Assembly: GCA_016933575.1 (NCBI GenBank)
Contig: JAFGAR010000151.1
Location: 32,001-96,000 of the forward strand
Direction: 5' to 3'
Length of the DNA stretch: 64,000 bases
From: Candidatus Thorarchaeota archaeon
GTDB taxonomy: Archaea; Asgardarchaeota; Thorarchaeia; Thorarchaeales; Thorarchaeaceae
Shown here: positions 29,458 through 38,671 of the stretch, piece after piece
How positions within the stretch are numbered: the first letter of the stretch is position 1
Layout of the letters: each line of letters begins with the position of its first letter
The notes under the pieces: generated by a model
Databases searched by the model: none
Told to the model about the DNA's origin: nothing
Seen by the model: the letters and a program-made list of their open reading frames with translations, nothing else
Translations under genes and position numbers: made by a program

Positions 29458-32265
29458 TTGAGGTGGAGACACTTGAAGCATGCAAGATTGCTATCCAGTA
29501 TAGTCCTTGTTATGTTTCTTGCAGGACTGCTCGCTATTCCTGTGGAGATTTCTACAGATTCAGCACGCCCACTTGAAACAACACCGACTCTAAATAACGA
29601 TAATGCAGGAATTCGTACTTCTGCAATACCCGCTGATCGAGAAATTCGAATTGCCCTTTTCGATCAACAGGATACTACATTACCATCTTATGATGATTCT
29701 GACAGCATTCTTAGTAATAACTACGAAGAACTAGAAACGCTCCTAGTCAATGCTGGTTTCAGTGTGACTAGATTGACTCTCAATGATATTCAGGAATATG
29801 AACTCCTGACAGCTGAATTCGATATTTTTCTCCTAGCTGACAGCCTTCCTAACTCGAATATCTCAAACCACATCAAATCTTTCTGGTTGGGTGGCGGGGC
29901 GATTCTCGGCCTTGACAGTGCGGCTGTCTACTTGAATTATGCAGGGATACTGCCAAGAGAGTCAAGTGGCTCGAGTGGATTTGAAACTTATTGGAGCTAT
30001 CAGTTGATGGATGTCTGTAATATCTCTGAACGACATCCTATCACGAAATCTTATAGTATTGGAGATGAACTAACGAACTATCTTGGCAATTGGACAGCTT
30101 ACAACTGGACTACATTACAGAGTACATCCATAGCAGATACACTTACTCGACTTGCGGTCGATGAAAGTAGTGTAAATCAAGTTCATGCCATTGGACACGA
30201 TCCAGTCGATATGGGGGGCAGGATAGTTCATCTAGGTACTCCAATAACTCCTTTGGGCGAGTCATGGAATCAATTGATTATCGATGCAATCTATTGGTTA
30301 TGTCCACAACCCAAGGCACGAATTGTCTTTGATTATACGCACAATCCCTACTACACTATTGATCCCTGGGACAATACTCCCGGAGCTTTCACAGGATACT
30401 ATGAAATCTGGCGAAATGACCTCGTGATGAGAGGGTACTTGGTAGACAAACTCTTTCCTTCACCTGAAGGAACCCTAACAGTTCAAAGATTATCCCCATA
30501 CCATCTTTTAGTTGAAGTTCTCCCTGATGAAAATTTTGCTTTTAATTTCACATCAGCAGAGGTTGCAGCTGTAGCTGATTGGGTCAACTCTGGAGGCGGT
30601 TTGTTGGTGTTGAGTGATAATTGGAGTGGATCCCTGATAACCCCTAATCAAATGCTTAATTATCTGCTCTCTCCGTATAATATAGAGATTTTTCAGTATG
30701 TATATGCAGGAGCTATTGTTGATGTCTACGATCAAGAATTCCATCCAACGACTGAGGGCTGTACACAGCTCTATATGCGCTATACAGGATTTATCAATTA
30801 TACATTGACTGGTTTTCCAATTTGGACTCAAGATGGAAACACGTACGTTGCGGGTGATACCTATGGAGAAGGCAGGATTATCCTGAGTTCAGATCTCAAT
30901 TACCTCGCGGATAATTATATCATGAATCAAGACAATAGAGATTTTGGAATAAACATGGTCAATTGGTTATCCGCGGGAGCGGCGAGAGTTCTGTATTATA
31001 CAACAGAACCAGAGAGTATCAATTACTATAGAAGTCCTGGGGCTAATGCTTTAAGAGATCTAGGTCTGAATTACTATCTCACTTACATCGATGATTTCAT
31101 GAACCTCTCATTGAACTCATACGATTGGGACTTAGTTGTCCTTGATGGTCCATATTATACCATGTATACCTATTATGATGATATGCTGGAATATGTTTTG
31201 AGTGGTGGCAAGCTCATAATGTCGGAGTACTTCGCAGCATCATTTTCAGATCATCCATTGTGGGCGGCTTTGGGTGTGAAGATACTCGAGACCATTGGCG
31301 ATAATCGGACACTTAGTATTTGGACTCCTGATCACCCAATCTTCAATATTCCTAATGATTATGGCTGCAGTGAATTTCTGAGTACGGTAGATTTCGGGGC
31401 AGAGGGAACTCTGATGGAGCCATATGCAAATGCAACAGCTCTGGTTGGAAATTCAACAGTACCTACAACAAACCAATCTGTGATTGTTCTAAGAAATGAT
31501 CATAAGACCATAATGAATGCGTTCCTGATCGACCAGTTCCAAGGAGACCTTGATGATTCGACTTACATGGATGCCTATGAGCTATGGCAAAACGAGATTA
31601 CCTATGTTATGTTCTATGATGATGCTCCAACCATCGACAATCCCTCTGATTTGGTCATGGAAGCAGGTTCTACGGGAAATGTTGTCACATGGAGTCCATC
31701 CAGTAGTAGACCTTTCTGGTATGAAATCATGATTGGCTCTTCAGTTATTCGAGCAGGAAGATGGCTCGGAAGTGCAGTTGCTTTTTCAGCTGATGATCTA
31801 GAGTATAGAGTAAATCCATATGAGATTGTCATATCGTTATGGGACGCATTCCGATACTCCATTTCTGATGTTGTTCTTGTGACTGTTGAGGATACTACAG
31901 CTCCAGACTTTACTCTGGTTGCAGATGATCTAACTTATGTGGTTGGAACAACAGGACATGTCCTTATCTGGGAAACCTCCGAGGTCAATCCTTCTTTCTT
32001 TGATATCTATCTGGATGCAGAGTTGACTCTCGATGATGAGCTATGGAATGGAACACATGTTGTGTATCCAGTGGATGGTCTAGCTATAGGTTCCTATAAC
32101 ATCACAGTGGTCATTGTAGATATGGCGAACAACTTCGCGTCAGATACAGTCTCAGTCACTGTTATTGATTCGATGAGTCCCCTCATCGTCGTGGTTGCAG
32201 TGATTGGACTTGCAGCGGTTGTAATTGTGATTGTTTTAGTAATTATGAAACGAAAGAAGTCATAG
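29458..32265 (+). CDS. Cell-surface glycoprotein with repeated GATase-like (DUF4350/GIFT-like) domains, Ig-like repeats and a C-terminal TM anchor
   Basis: Signal-like N-terminus; three related segments (FWLGGGAIL, WVNSGGGLL, YVLSGGKLI); GEGRIILSSD...NMVNWL; TM followed by KRKKS. Confidence 0.75.
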   Translation: MRWRHLKHARLLSSIVLVMFLAGLLAIPVEISTDSARPLETTPTLNNDNAGIRTSAIPADREIRIALFDQQDTTLPSYDDSDSILSNNYEELETLLVNAGFSVTRLTLNDIQEYELLTAEFDIFLLADSLPNSNISNHIKSFWLGGGAILGLDSAAVYLNYAGILPRESSGSSGFETYWSYQLMDVCNISERHPITKSYSIGDELTNYLGNWTAYNWTTLQSTSIADTLTRLAVDESSVNQVHAIGHDPVDMGGRIVHLGTPITPLGESWNQLIIDAIYWLCPQPKARIVFDYTHNPYYTIDPWDNTPGAFTGYYEIWRNDLVMRGYLVDKLFPSPEGTLTVQRLSPYHLLVEVLPDENFAFNFTSAEVAAVADWVNSGGGLLVLSDNWSGSLITPNQMLNYLLSPYNIEIFQYVYAGAIVDVYDQEFHPTTEGCTQLYMRYTGFINYTLTGFPIWTQDGNTYVAGDTYGEGRIILSSDLNYLADNYIMNQDNRDFGINMVNWLSAGAARVLYYTTEPESINYYRSPGANALRDLGLNYYLTYIDDFMNLSLNSYDWDLVVLDGPYYTMYTYYDDMLEYVLSGGKLIMSEYFAASFSDHPLWAALGVKILETIGDNRTLSIWTPDHPIFNIPNDYGCSEFLSTVDFGAEGTLMEPYANATALVGNSTVPTTNQSVIVLRNDHKTIMNAFLIDQFQGDLDDSTYMDAYELWQNEITYVMFYDDAPTIDNPSDLVMEAGSTGNVVTWSPSSSRPFWYEIMIGSSVIRAGRWLGSAVAFSADDLEYRVNPYEIVISLWDAFRYSISDVVLVTVEDTTAPDFTLVADDLTYVVGTTGHVLIWETSEVNPSFFDIYLDAELTLDDELWNGTHVVYPVDGLAIGSYNITVVIVDMANNFASDTVSVTVIDSMSPLIVVVAVIGLAAVVIVIVLVIMKRKKS

Positions 32266-32275
32266 ATTCCCTATT

Positions 32276-32308
32276 GAGAGCCAATTCTGGCTCTCTTTCC
32301 ATTTTTTG
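32276..32308 (+). terminator. Hairpin plus T-tract between convergent genes
   Basis: GAGAGCCA-ATTC-TGGCTCTC-TTTCCATTTTTT. Confidence 0.65.
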
Positions 32309-32317
32309 TAAGAATCC

Positions 32318-32779
32318 TCATCTCATCATGTAATCCTCTATTGCTTTTTCGAGCAGAGGCACTTTTTCATCATCAAATCCACCTTCTCCCTTCCAGATGA
32401 TCTCACCATCCTGCTTGGTGAGAAAAAGGTAGATTGTTTCTTCTGTTACAATGTTAAGAGATTCCTTGAATGATTCTTTGTCTATGTAAAGAGTAATTGT
32501 CCTTCCTCTCGTTTCTCTGGAAGGAATACCAGCTCGCATTCCACCATCTATGAACCTTCTATAAACAAAATTCATACTTCGTATTGTAGGGAGTTCATAA
32601 AAATCGAAATCTGGATATTTCAATATCAGCGATTCAAGGTATGGGACCCAGCTATTCACTAATCTCTGTTGCCATTGTTGGAATGCAACTATCAAGAGCT
32701 TTGGATCCCCGCGTAGCTGATTAGGCACCTCAATTGTTTCCTTGTTGAGATTCTCCGCTGTTATCCGTGGGAACTTCAT
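32318..32779 (-). CDS. ATP10-like/thioredoxin-fold hypothetical protein
   Basis: FPRITAENL, AFQQWQQ, FIDGGMRAGIP, GEIIWKGEG; no Cys redox motif. Confidence 0.7.
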   Translation of the reverse strand: MKFPRITAENLNKETIEVPNQLRGDPKLLIVAFQQWQQRLVNSWVPYLESLILKYPDFDFYELPTIRSMNFVYRRFIDGGMRAGIPSRETRGRTITLYIDKESFKESLNIVTEETIYLFLTKQDGEIIWKGEGGFDDEKVPLLEKAIEDYMMR

Positions 32780-32920
32780 TTCATCTCCTCATACAATTAT
32801 TATTAACAATAGTTATCAATCTATGCATGTGTGGAAAAATTTTTAGAGTCCGTTCAAAGCGATTTTAAGAAATGAGCTAGCATTATGTAATGAAATCGAA
32901 GAGAAATGTGAGGTAATTAG

Positions 32921-33367
32921 ATGGAGATACATCCTGATGTCCAGAAGCGCATTCGCAAGGTCCTAGATACACAGAAGATTGCTGTTCTTGGGACCTCAAA
33001 AAACGATGAACCATACTCTTGCCTTGTGGCCTTTGCAATAAGCAATGACTTCAAAGAACTGGTTTTTGCAACCATGCGCCAGCGGTTGAAGTATCAAAAT
33101 ATTCTGGCAAATCCTCGTGTCACACTCATTATAGATGACCGAGATGCAAGTTATAGCGATTTCAATGATACGACATCAATCACGATGATAGGAACTGCTC
33201 GCGATATCACAGGGGAGAATCGTGAGAAATATGCCTCATCTTTACTAGAACGGCATCCGGCTTTGATAGATTTTGTGAGTTCACCTGAATGTGCTTTGAT
33301 TTGCGTTACCGTTGACAAAATCTACATTGTGAGCGAATTCGAGTCTGTCATCAAAATTCAGAAATGA
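32921..33367 (+). CDS. Pyridoxamine 5'-phosphate oxidase family FMN-binding protein
   Basis: AVLGT..EPYSCLVAF, KYQNILANPRVTLIID; GAGGT SD. Confidence 0.85.
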   Translation: MEIHPDVQKRIRKVLDTQKIAVLGTSKNDEPYSCLVAFAISNDFKELVFATMRQRLKYQNILANPRVTLIIDDRDASYSDFNDTTSITMIGTARDITGENREKYASSLLERHPALIDFVSSPECALICVTVDKIYIVSEFESVIKIQK

Positions 33368-33394
33368 AACTGCTTTCGTAAATTGATTATTATA

Positions 33395-34114
33395 TCATAG
33401 ATCAATCCACGATTTCATATCAGTATCTTCTCCTAGTTTCTCTAGGAGCACTTCAATTGGCTCCATGTAGAAGGGACGCTTGCAGGCATAGCACTTGACA
33501 GTTCCATCAAATGATCTCTCATTGCTTTGGTATCTGAATGATGAACCACAATGTGGGCATTTTGCTCTCGTTCCAATCTTTGGTGCTGGGTGAGCTATCT
33601 CAAAGTCCTTCGGTAATTGTGGAGGAGGTTCAGCATAGAATCCTCCTATTGATTTTCCAATAAATCCAAGGAGTATCCAATAATCCAATATAATTAGAGA
33701 TGGAAATAGAATTTGCACCCACAATTCTCTGCCTGCAATCACTGACTGGATTAATGGAAACGGAAAGAATAAGATCTGTGCAAAGAATTGGATCATTAGA
33801 CCTTCAGCTAACCAAATCCTACTATTACTATTTGCCTTGATTGACCACAGACGCTTTATGGCGATTGCATTCAAAACTCCTGAAGAAACTACAACAATGG
33901 CAAACCCAATCAATATTAGAATTGCAAAATGAATAGGTAACTCCGGGAGAATAACTGGTGGCATTGGATGCATGACTATATACTGATAATTTTGAACTGC
34001 ATTCCAATAGAAATAGAATGCATAGGAAATAAGAAACAATACCGCACCGTGAATGATGCAGATTGCAAGATCTCTTTTCAGATCTAAATTTCTTTCGTCA
34101 GGAGTATCCTCCAC
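33395..34114 (-). CDS. 4-TM protein with a C-terminal zinc ribbon
   Basis: Hydrophobic segments then CPHC...CYAC. Confidence 0.7.
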   Translation of the reverse strand: MEDTPDERNLDLKRDLAICIIHGAVLFLISYAFYFYWNAVQNYQYIVMHPMPPVILPELPIHFAILILIGFAIVVVSSGVLNAIAIKRLWSIKANSNSRIWLAEGLMIQFFAQILFFPFPLIQSVIAGRELWVQILFPSLIILDYWILLGFIGKSIGGFYAEPPPQLPKDFEIAHPAPKIGTRAKCPHCGSSFRYQSNERSFDGTVKCYACKRPFYMEPIEVLLEKLGEDTDMKSWIDL

Positions 34115-34238
34115 GAGAATCCCTCTTCATCTTGTGCTAAACAACAGTCTCTTTCTACAGTATTAATGATTCTGGTCTCACTGATTCATTTCTTTGTGAG
34201 AATGAGAAGCCTTTAGTACAAGTGAAATACAATATAAT

Positions 34239-34320
34239 CGGGCGTTGGTGAGGCATCATGGTAACTAACTACCATCGGTTACCACACCCAACTGATTCCT
34301 TACTGTCGCCCGCCTCTTTT
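34239..34320 (+). ncRNA. Candidate structured small RNA or leader (long bulged hairpin)
   Basis: Four stacked helices over 74 nt with G-U pairs on the + strand; TTTAGTA about 25 nt upstream; CTCTTTT downstream. Confidence 0.5.
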
Positions 34321-34384
34321 GAAGTCATATCTTTTTACGGGATATCTATTCAAATGGCGCTAAGAGCTCAAAAGGTGAAGAAGA

Positions 34385-34945
34385 ATGTCCAACTCACTCT
34401 ATTTTCTAAGACACGCTGAAACAAATATTGACACATCAATTCCGCCGCATGAGTGGTCTATCTCATCTGACGGTCTGACACGGACCAAAGAGTTGGCTAA
34501 GTTGAACGTCTTTCAAAAGATTGATGGCATTGTGTATTCATCTGAGAAAAAGGCCTATCAGACTGCAGAGGTCTTTGCCAAGGAATTACCTGTTGATATC
34601 TATGAACTCTCTGAGTTTTCGGAGTTGAGAAGAAAACACGAATCCAATCTATCTGAAACAGATTATAGAAGACGTGTTCGAGAAGTGTTGACTCATTGGG
34701 ACTCGAGTATTCATGGATGGGAATCAGTTACTGAAGCACTAGGTCGAATAACTGATGCAGTGACCAGGATCAATAGAATGTTTTACAATAAGAATGTGTT
34801 AGTTGTTTCCCATGGTCTGCTCCTCACAATTTACTTCTGTCATCTAAAGAATTTCCAATCAATAGCCTATGAAAGATGGTCACAGTTGTCATTTTTAGCA
34901 TGGGGTTTGGTACAGGATGGACATGTACTCATAGATATCATATAG
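34385..34945 (+). CDS. Histidine phosphatase family protein
   Basis: YFLRHAET, SSEKKAYQTA, VVSHG. Confidence 0.88.
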   Translation: MSNSLYFLRHAETNIDTSIPPHEWSISSDGLTRTKELAKLNVFQKIDGIVYSSEKKAYQTAEVFAKELPVDIYELSEFSELRRKHESNLSETDYRRRVREVLTHWDSSIHGWESVTEALGRITDAVTRINRMFYNKNVLVVSHGLLLTIYFCHLKNFQSIAYERWSQLSFLAWGLVQDGHVLIDII

Positions 34946-35005
34946 AGAAGTATGCGCTCCGAAACTTTTTCTATGAAGAATATCACTTCAAATACGTGAA
35001 CTATT

Positions 35006-35521
35006 ATGGCTACGAAGATTACCAAGGAACTGATAACTTCTTTTCCAAAGTTCAAGGCTGCGTGGGAGAAGGATGCTGGAAAACCAGAGAACACAATCAT
35101 GTACTATCTCATTGCAGCTCTCAATGTTGAGAAGGATCCAAAGATTGCTGAAGCGATGATGACTGTTGTTGTTTCTAAAAAGGATTGTCTGGAAGACACA
35201 AGCTCTCCATCTGGTCTGATTTTGGGAAGGAGCGCAAGCTACTACATTGGGCAATTTCAAGGGAACAAGAATATCGCTCGCTCCTACGTGGGCGGCACAA
35301 ATACGAACAACTACAAGATCAATAACAAAGCCCTCACAATGACCGTTGTTAGTAAACAAGAGCATGGCAAAGGCGTCAAGATATTCATCCAGAGTGGCGG
35401 AAAGGATCTTGGTACTCCAGTACAGCTCGCTCAAAACAATGAGGGGCAGTGGAAACTTACCAATTACAGTTCAATATGCACTGGTGTCAAGAAGACCATT
35501 CAAGAAGAGGGCGATTTTTAA
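35006..35521 (+). CDS. Conserved hypothetical protein (DUF6935-like)
   Basis: IARSYVGGT..NNY, KIFIQSGGKD..PVQL..N..GQWKL..YSSICTGVK. Confidence 0.65.
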   Translation: MATKITKELITSFPKFKAAWEKDAGKPENTIMYYLIAALNVEKDPKIAEAMMTVVVSKKDCLEDTSSPSGLILGRSASYYIGQFQGNKNIARSYVGGTNTNNYKINNKALTMTVVSKQEHGKGVKIFIQSGGKDLGTPVQLAQNNEGQWKLTNYSSICTGVKKTIQEEGDF

Positions 35522-35527
35522 GTTACT

Positions 35528-35572
35528 AGGGACCGAGTCAGGTCCTTTCGATTCTCCTCTTCTTCTTATTTT
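35528..35572 (+). terminator. Hairpin plus pyrimidine tract
   Basis: AGGGACC-GAGTCA-GGTCCTT followed by a T/C-rich run. Confidence 0.45.
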
Positions 35573-35698
35573 TCAGGTACAGCTATTAGAAAGTCTGTTT
35601 AGACTGATATCTACGTCCCGTGAGAGTTTCTTGTTATCATTTCCTTTATGCATTAAATAGTCTGGAATCTAGTTCTTCTCTCAAACAATTATGATAAT

Positions 35699-35748
35699 CA
35701 TGTAACAGAAAAACATATAAGTTGTAATAGTGTTACAAATTACATGCA
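35699..35748. promoter_or_regulatory. Candidate promoter with nested inverted repeats
   Basis: GAAAAACATATAAG (BRE/TATA-like); TTGTAA-N5-TTACAA; CATGTAA...TTACATG. Confidence 0.5.
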
Positions 35749-35794
35749 ATACTTACAGGTCCGGGTTGCGGGAATGTGGGTTTGCAGAGGAGAG

Positions 35795-35911
35795 ATGAGC
35801 AAGATGACTGATGATGCAAAGCATCGCAATGCCTCTAACAAAAGGGGACGAAATTCGGGACTCAAGACTCTCGAGTCCCTGTACTACGAATACACTCACA
35901 GGGGTGAGTGA
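35795..35911 (+). CDS. Candidate 38-aa peptide MSKMTDDAKHRNASNKRGRNSGLKTLESLYYEYTHRGE
   Basis: GAGGAG SD; frame is also open from ATG 35744. Confidence 0.5.
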   Translation: MSKMTDDAKHRNASNKRGRNSGLKTLESLYYEYTHRGE

Positions 35912-35931
35912 AGAGGAAGAGGTGAAAGCAA

Positions 35932-36027
35932 ATGGCACTAACAAAGAATGAACGGAAAAAGTACCGTACAAAGAAGGCTCAGTCCACTGAAGCCTTGGCG
36001 TACGCTTGGCTCTACAGAGAGTTATAG
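35932..36027 (+). CDS. Candidate 31-aa peptide MALTKNERKKYRTKKAQSTEALAYAWLYREL
   Basis: GAGGTGA SD 6 nt before the ATG. Confidence 0.55.
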   Translation: MALTKNERKKYRTKKAQSTEALAYAWLYREL

Positions 36028-36132
36028 AGGCGCACCATCAGTCATCTATGCTCGAAATAGTATCTACTCCATGAATATCAGTATTTTAGTTGCTTTAATT
36101 CCAAGGTAGTTTATATCACCCGGACTATACTC

Positions 36133-36465
36133 ATGACTATGGGGGCGTTAGTTAACTCTCAGATCATGAAATATATGATCTATGATACTCGGGGTCTTGA
36201 TGAACCAGATGCTGTATACACTACTGCTGTACAGATTGCTGATGAGATTATGGAAGGCGTTGAAAGACTTCATCATTCAAGCACACTTGAAGCTGCTACT
36301 CTCTTTATCACGAATTCCGGAGCACAGTTAGTCCTATTGACCCGATCGGATGACAATGAACCTATAGATCGAATGTTTGATAGCACCCTCAAACGAGTGA
36401 CATACGAGTCTGAGAGTGGGAATCTGCACACTTACGTTATACCGATACTAGAAGCTGAAAAATAG
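36133..36465 (+). CDS. Hypothetical protein
   Basis: 110-aa ORF with protein-like composition; TTTATAT upstream. Confidence 0.6.
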   Translation: MTMGALVNSQIMKYMIYDTRGLDEPDAVYTTAVQIADEIMEGVERLHHSSTLEAATLFITNSGAQLVLLTRSDDNEPIDRMFDSTLKRVTYESESGNLHTYVIPILEAEK

Positions 36466-36575
36466 TGATCTGTTTTGACCAATGTCTGTTGGCAGCTCAA
36501 TGAAATCTGTCTAGATAGTATATTTCTTATTGTGGAACTACTATCGAGTCCTATCGGAATCGCCGGGGTGATTTA

Positions 36576-37706
36576 TTGAAACTAAAGGTCTTCGAGCTTG
36601 AACGTCTACAATCTGAATGGGAACATAGAGTACAATATAATCTCAGTGAGAGTGGTGTGGAACCCCTTCATATCAGAGAATTGACGGACACACCGGAATT
36701 GAAGCAACAACTGCTTGATATTCAATTAGGCTACCCACAAACGAATGGTTCGATTCCTCTTCGTGAAGCTATCGCTCAGTACTACCCCGGATCTGGTGCA
36801 GACCATATACTTGTCACGAATGGCGGTGCAGAGGCAAACTTTCTATCAATGTGGTGGCTACGTCACGAGAAACCTGAACTCAACGAACTGGTGTTCATGG
36901 CACCCAACTATATGCAGATGAGTGGTGTTTGGAAAACTCTGGGAGGCACTGTGAATCTCTACAAGCTCCAAATGGCTCACGACAAATGGTCTCCTGATTT
37001 GGATCAATTGAGGTCTCTAGTGACCAAGAAGACAGCAGCAATTACAATCTGCAATCCAAATAATCCCACAGGTGCAATCTTCGACAAAGAGACGCTTGGT
37101 GAAATTGTAGATATTGCTAGAGAGCATGACACTTGGATTATTTCCGATGAGATCTACAAAGGCGCAGAGATTCAGGACGTAAGGACGCCTTCACTTCATG
37201 GTATGTATGATAAAGTGATCATAACCTCAAGTCTCTCCAAAGCCTATGGTCTTCCCGGTCTTCGCCTTGGTTGGGCAGTGTGTCCCGATGAACAGACTGC
37301 TAAAGAACTCTGGTCATATTCCGACTACACAACGATTTGCCCAGCAAAGACTTGCGATTGGTTAGCGACACTCGCCTTGAATCCTAAGGTCCAAGCAATG
37401 ATTCGAAAACGAACAAGAGACCTCCTCAAAGAGAATTGGGGCATCATGAAGAACTGGCTAGACTCGCATGGTGATCTATTCGAATATGTACCTCCATCTG
37501 CAGCAGCAATCTGTTTCATCCGGCAAAAGACAGGATTGTCGTCTTTAGACCTCGTATTCAGACTGATGAAAGAGAAGAGCGTACTCATATCTCCGGGTGA
37601 GCATTTTGAGATGCCTGGATATCTTCGTATAGGCTTCGGATCTGAGAAGAAACGTCTTCAGGAAGCACTTGGAATGATTACCGAGTTCCTCAATGAATTA
37701 AGCTAA
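36576..37706 (+). CDS. PLP-dependent aminotransferase class I/II
   Basis: YNLSESG, NPNNPTG, SDEIY, SLSKAYGLPGLRLGW, LRIGFG. Confidence 0.93.
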   Translation: MKLKVFELERLQSEWEHRVQYNLSESGVEPLHIRELTDTPELKQQLLDIQLGYPQTNGSIPLREAIAQYYPGSGADHILVTNGGAEANFLSMWWLRHEKPELNELVFMAPNYMQMSGVWKTLGGTVNLYKLQMAHDKWSPDLDQLRSLVTKKTAAITICNPNNPTGAIFDKETLGEIVDIAREHDTWIISDEIYKGAEIQDVRTPSLHGMYDKVIITSSLSKAYGLPGLRLGWAVCPDEQTAKELWSYSDYTTICPAKTCDWLATLALNPKVQAMIRKRTRDLLKENWGIMKNWLDSHGDLFEYVPPSAAAICFIRQKTGLSSLDLVFRLMKEKSVLISPGEHFEMPGYLRIGFGSEKKRLQEALGMITEFLNELS

Positions 37707-37960
37707 TCTTGAGCCTTTAAATTGTGTATCTTTCTGCAGAAATGACACTAGAACTAAACAATTTAAGACTAATAATGCCTTAATTTCTCAAATGAACTCT
37801 ATTTTCCCATATTTGGCGTCATAAAACATTGATAAAACTTTCAATAGATAATAACACAACCATGTCAAATTTCTATTGCTTGCAAATTGTAGAAATTTGT
37901 CTGTGTTACTACATTACATGCAGTAGACTCTGATTTGAGTAGCTGCAGGATGCAAGACGA

Positions 37961-38083
37961 ATGAACATGAATGAAAGAGACATGAATGAAAGTTTGCCTG
38001 CTAGAATCAAACGACCACAAAACAATCCCATAGAGGTACTATCGCAGATCGAGTTTGCGCGAATATACTATGATGGTCCGTGA
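37961..38083 (+). CDS. Candidate 40-aa peptide MNMNERDMNESLPARIKRPQNNPIEVLSQIEFARIYYDGP
   Basis: Hand-translated; ends 27 nt before the TPR gene; upstream motif shared with 35730-35748. Confidence 0.45.
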   Translation: MNMNERDMNESLPARIKRPQNNPIEVLSQIEFARIYYDGP

Positions 38084-38110
38084 AATAAGTGAAATTCGAG
38101 AGGTGATATT

Positions 38111-38644
38111 TTGACTGAGTCCTATTCAGAGGAACGAGACATACTCGGTCACTTTCATGTAATGATGCAGATGGTTTCATCAACTCTCATGAATAAAAAT
38201 GGGAACACAGTTTCTGCTACAGCAAGGGATCCAGAGTATGCCTGTCTGCGGTCAATGATGCTCGAACCACAGAATCCCACAATGTGGAATGCCCTTGCTC
38301 TGGTGTATATAATGACCAATAATTATCAAGAAGCCTCTGATGCAATTGAGAGGTCTCTTGATCTGGACACCAGTGTGGCATGGACCTGGACCATCTGGGG
38401 CGACCTACTTGGTCTTCTTGGTGAGGATATAGAATCTGAGCGTGCCTATCGCATGGCTGTGGAACTGGGGTCGAGAGAGCCGCATGTACTCAATAGACTT
38501 GCTCGATTATGCTCATCCAGGAGATGCTATTCAGAGGCACTGTCATTACTTGAGGACTTGATACCTCTCAAGCCTGAGGACCAATCCCTTTGGGACTTGT
38601 ATTCTGAATGCCTATCACACAGAACACTTCTCACTCATGATTAG
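38111..38644 (+). CDS. Tetratricopeptide repeat protein
   Basis: EPQNPTMWNALALVY...EASDAIERSLDLD; AYRMAVEL; GAGGTGA SD. Confidence 0.8.
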   Translation: MTESYSEERDILGHFHVMMQMVSSTLMNKNGNTVSATARDPEYACLRSMMLEPQNPTMWNALALVYIMTNNYQEASDAIERSLDLDTSVAWTWTIWGDLLGLLGEDIESERAYRMAVELGSREPHVLNRLARLCSSRRCYSEALSLLEDLIPLKPEDQSLWDLYSECLSHRTLLTHD

Positions 38645-38671
38645 GATACTGTTAATACAGGGAAGCTCATT

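Noticed and set aside
34988-35434. 148-aa minus-strand ORF
   Set aside because: Antisense shadow of the better-supported 35006..35521 gene
35808-35853. Hammerhead ribozyme suggested by CTGATGA...GAAA
   Set aside because: The stem after CTGATGA is not directly followed by GAAA, and stems I and III cannot be formed
37966-37993. Direct repeat ACATGAATGAAAG x2 as a CRISPR or iteron remnant
   Set aside because: Only two short copies 2 nt apart with no spacer; consistent with a repeated MNE in the micro-ORF
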